Assembly: GCA_964016885.1 (NCBI GenBank)
Contig: OZ024750.1
Location: forward strand, 10,416,001 to 10,480,000
Direction of reading: 5' to 3'
Origin: Eledone cirrhosa
Lineage: Eukaryota
Length of the DNA: 64,000 bases
Made by a program: the position numbers and the translations under genes
The notes under the pieces: model-generated
Databases searched by the model: none
Told to the model about the DNA's origin: nothing
What the model saw: only the letters and a program-made list of their open reading frames with translations
Part shown: one piece after another, positions 59,395-64,000 of the stretch
Layout: each line of letters opens with the position of its first letter
Numbering within the stretch: position 1 is the stretch's first letter

Positions 59395-59831
59395 GAGACG
59401 TATAGAGATTGTTTTAGCAAGAAGCTAACGGCATTCTATAACATATATGCGACTATAACGTCAAGATGGGAAAAGTAGTTAACGAAAGATTTAGGAAAAA
59501 TAACTCAAACTCATCTCAAAAGAGAATCAGGATACAAATTCATCCACAGAATTAGTAAAATCCATGGAAAAATCTGTAGACCTTTAACTCATGATAAAAC
59601 AAAGTTTGAAACACTTATCCTTCAATTTGGAATAACATCAAATGCTCTGTATAGTCTTAAAAGACTATTTCATGAAAACTTTCAGTGGAGATGGTCACGG
59701 TTGGAATATCATTCATCAGCAGAGCTCATATATATATATATAGTTGGTGTGGGATGCTTAAATCGTCCGTAAGCGCTCGATACTCTAATAAATTTTATTC
59801 GTCGCAAAACTGATTCTCCGTTTCTTATGTG

Positions 59832-59862
<31 letters not shown>

Positions 59863-60452
59863 TATTATAATTATTTATACATATATACAAATATAAAATG
59901 AACATAAATTTATATATATATATATATATATATATACATTATGAATATATATACATATTTATATTATAAATATATAATATATATATATACTATCTATTTA
60001 TAAATACAATATTACGTATGTATATATATATATATATGATATCTATATATCCATAAATAAAATATTATATATATATATTATATATATATATATATATAAT
60101 ATACTAATATTATATATACTATATAGTTATATATATATATATCATATAAATATATATGTTTTATATGTATTATATTGATATATTACACACATACATAATA
60201 CACACACACACATATACATATAATACGCATATATATATATGTACATATATATACACACACATGTATATATATATATATATATAATTTATATAATATATTA
60301 TTAAATAAATGTGTAATCATGGTTATAAGTATTATATATATATATATATATATATATATCACACACACATACACACACACACATATATATATATATATAC
60401 ACACATAGATATACACATATGTATATACATATATAGTATATTTCTTTATATT

Positions 60453-60500
<48 letters not shown>

Positions 60501-61026
60501 CGTGTCTGTGGTAAGAAACTCTCACGGGATTTATATTTTCCATATGTACAGTTTTACAATGTAAACAAGAGGTAAATCTATTATTAATAAAGATACAAAT
60601 ATTTACGCTAGGCTTCTTCACGTCTCGAGAATATTTCGGATTACTTAACAAGTTTAAAATGTATGTTGCATGTTATTGATAATATTAATGCTTCTGTAAT
60701 AATGGTTAAAACTATAGATATATTTATATAAAAAATGAGTTATATGGTCTGTTGATTATTATTCAACGAAGTTATTTTTATAACAGATTTGAAGCACTCT
60801 ACAGCATTTATCTGGAGTATTATTAATATTAACACTGTTAATAAATGGAAAATATATTTTATAATATAAAATAAATATGTTATTATAAATAATATTCTCC
60901 ATTTATTAATATTGTTAATATAGAAATATATATAATGTTTAAAATTATAGAAATAAATATATATATATTTCTATAATTTTAAACATTATTATTATTATAT
61001 ATATATATATTTCTATAATTTTAAAC

Positions 61027-61057
<31 letters not shown>

Positions 61058-61129
61058 TTCTATAATTTTAAACATTATTATTATTATCATATATATATAT
61101 ATATATATTTCTATAATTTTAAACATTAT

Positions 61130-61181
<52 letters not shown>

Positions 61182-61370
61182 CTATAATTTTAAACATTAT
61201 TATTACATATATACATACATATATACATACATACATATATACATACATATATACATACATACATACATACATGCATACATACATACATATATATATGCAT
61301 ACATACATACATGTATACATACATACATGTATACATACATGCATAAATATATGCATACATACATATATGC

Positions 61371-61404
<34 letters not shown>

Positions 61405-61442
61405 GCATACATACATGCATATATATATATATATATATATGC

Positions 61443-61476
<34 letters not shown>

Positions 61477-61837
61477 GCATACATACATACATATATATAT
61501 ATATATATTTATATATATGCATACATACATACACACACACATACATATATACACACGCGTAATAATATATAACCTATATGATGTGCATAACTTTTTCCAT
61601 TGTATAAGAAAATAAATAATCCAAAACGATCAGGTTACGAAATATTAGTCACAGACTTTCGCAGTGAGAACAACTACCATGTATGTATAAATGCATATAT
61701 ATGTTTGTTTGTATATATGCATGTATCTATGTATGCATGTATGTATTTATGTGTGTATGCATGTATGTATTATATTAATATATTGTATGTATATATAATA
61801 TATCAATATAATACATATATATATATATATCAATATT

Positions 61838-61870
<33 letters not shown>

Positions 61871-61907
61871 CACGCATATATATACACGCACACATATATA
61901 TACACAG

Positions 61908-61958
<51 letters not shown>

Positions 61959-62088
61959 TATATACACACACACACATATATATATATACATTCACACATA
62001 TAATATATGCATATACATATACACATACGTATACCAACATATATGTATATATCTATGTATACGACTTGCATAAATTACGCATGTTTCA

Positions 62089-62122
<34 letters not shown>

Positions 62123-62133
62123 CACACACACAT

Positions 62134-62172
<39 letters not shown>

Positions 62173-62586
62173 CATATTTCTATACGTACATGTAGATATT
62201 TGTACAAGAATTCACGCCATATATATTAATCATTGTGTATAAAAATGACCCACGATATACTCTCAGGTCCGAAATAAACGTAGGGGTTGTGTGTGGAATA
62301 AGTGAGGGGATAGGAGGGGTTATTCAAGACCCCAGAGTATACATGCCTCTACAATGCGATATATTTCAATAATTCCTCCTCTAATATTTTTTCCTGTGCC
62401 GCCCTTACGTCGATAACGAACCAGATTTGTTACTACGGTATCTCTAGTTTCAACTCCAACAAATGAATGTTTTAAATTCGGAGATGTTTTGTATTAGATT
62501 GTATATAAGAGTGTATGAAATGTTATAGATAAATAGACACCATTTTAAAATTTTATATACAAAAACACGGAGATGTTATACACACA

Positions 62587-62627
<41 letters not shown>

Positions 62628-62654
62628 ATATATATATATTGATATATACGTATA

Positions 62655-62800
62655 TATCTATCTATCTATCTATCTAAGGCGGGTAAAATTCCCGAGATCC
62701 ATGGACGAGTTCTCTCCAGCGGTCTCTGTCCCTCATTATAGCTGCCATGTCCTGCATCTCCAACAGACCAGTGTCTGTCCTTAGGGCATCAACATACGAC
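62655..62800 (-). mobile_element. Extreme 3' end of an RTE-like LINE with a (GATA)n tail
   Basis: YVDALRTDTGL.EMQDMAAIMRDRDRWRELV* followed directly by (gata)n. Confidence 0.65.
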
Positions 62801-63230
62801 ACGTATATATATATTAATATATACATATATGTATACATACACAAATGTATATATATTACATTACACACATATATATATATATAAACACTTACACAAATGT
62901 ATATATATTACATTATATATATATATATATACACACACTCACACAAATGTATATATATTACATTACATATATATATAAATATATATACACAATCACACAC
63001 AAATGTATACATATTACATACATATATATATATATATATATATACACACACTCACACACAAATGTATATATATTACATTACATATATATATATCTATATA
63101 CACACACTCACACACAAATGTATATATATTACATACATATATATATATACACACACTCACACACAAATGTATATATATTACATTACATATATATATATAC
63201 ACTCACACACAAATGTATATATATTACTGT

Positions 63231-63263
<33 letters not shown>

Positions 63264-63632
63264 CACACACACACACGTTTATATTATATAGATACGTATA
63301 CACACACACATATAAATATACTCAAAATATAGATAGGAAAATTACCTTTTAAAAGAATGAAAAATGATTTAAAAGCTTATATTTCCATCTATATCTTAGA
63401 TTATATTTGCTATGTGTTCAATGTTTGACTTTCCAAAATTTTCTCAATAAAATTCTCCCTTTTCTTCAGATCGATATAATATATAAACGCATTGAACTAA
63501 TTCTGAATCCGAATTCTCTACATACATTTGATCTGTGTATATATATATTTACATAACATAAACACACACATTATAAACATAAACATATACACACACATTA
63601 TAAATATATATATATATATATATATTCTCCTG

Positions 63633-63699
63633 TTTTATCTGATGAAAACACAAATATTATTGCATGATGATGTTTGTTTTTGAAATGCGCATAATAAAA
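63633..63699 (+). ncRNA. Family D hammerhead ribozyme, second locus (element 63625-63739)
   Basis: Identical to 54571-54637 except in the stem II loop (gcat vs gctt); flanked by (TA)n on both sides. Confidence 0.8.
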
Positions 63700-63731
63700 T
63701 ACATGGAACTCCTTTAACCATCTTTTGATCT

Positions 63732-63770
<39 letters not shown>

Positions 63771-63777
63771 ATAAATA

Positions 63778-63946
63778 TAGGAAAAGAGTCAGGACCCCGA
63801 CGGCTGAGCTCCGGCCGTTTCGACAGCTAGATCCTAACTATCCCCGCCGTCGGGGTCCTGACTCTTTTCCCCATTAGCCACTCTACTACCCTAAGAATCG
63901 AGCACTCTGGTGCGTTATGGTTCCTTACCACACTTCCTTCGTTGTT
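63778..63946 (+). mobile_element. Family B fold-back element
   Basis: Inverted arm includes a whole stem II (gatagttag-gat-ctagctgtc on minus), then the forward tail. Confidence 0.8.
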
Positions 63947-64000
63947 ATATATATACACACACATCGTCCACCATCCCTCACTCTCTAGCGGGAACCTAAT

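Overview
Eukaryotic, AT-rich, extremely microsatellite-dense DNA. The repeat content, including an abundant tRNA-derived SINE, resembles octopus genomes; this is an inference. There is a 200-N assembly gap at 48889-49088. Almost all ORFs in the track are translations of simple repeats. The only confident gene is an intronless, divergent calcineurin-B-homologous-protein (CHP-like, EF-hand) ORF at 2514-3080 (-); a weak spliced-gene candidate lies at about 19.5-25.5 kb (+). The rest is SINEs, 5'-truncated LINE ends (RTE, R4/Dong-like, CRE-like), a hAT-type MITE, Helitron ends and satellites. The most striking signal is at least five families of short elements embedded in (TA)n tracts that carry type I hammerhead ribozyme (HHR) motifs. 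Some motifs are complete with covarying stems (27413-27463, 52049-52100, 54571-54637, 63633-63699). Many other copies are fold-back palindromes whose axis lies in or next to HHR stem II, so the CUGAUGA box is missing. The families share a short 3' motif, T(A/T)GAGT(A/G)C. This looks like a Penelope-pLTR or retrozyme-like retroelement system; no matching RT/GIY-YIG ORF is visible in the window. All structures were read by eye and no searches were run.
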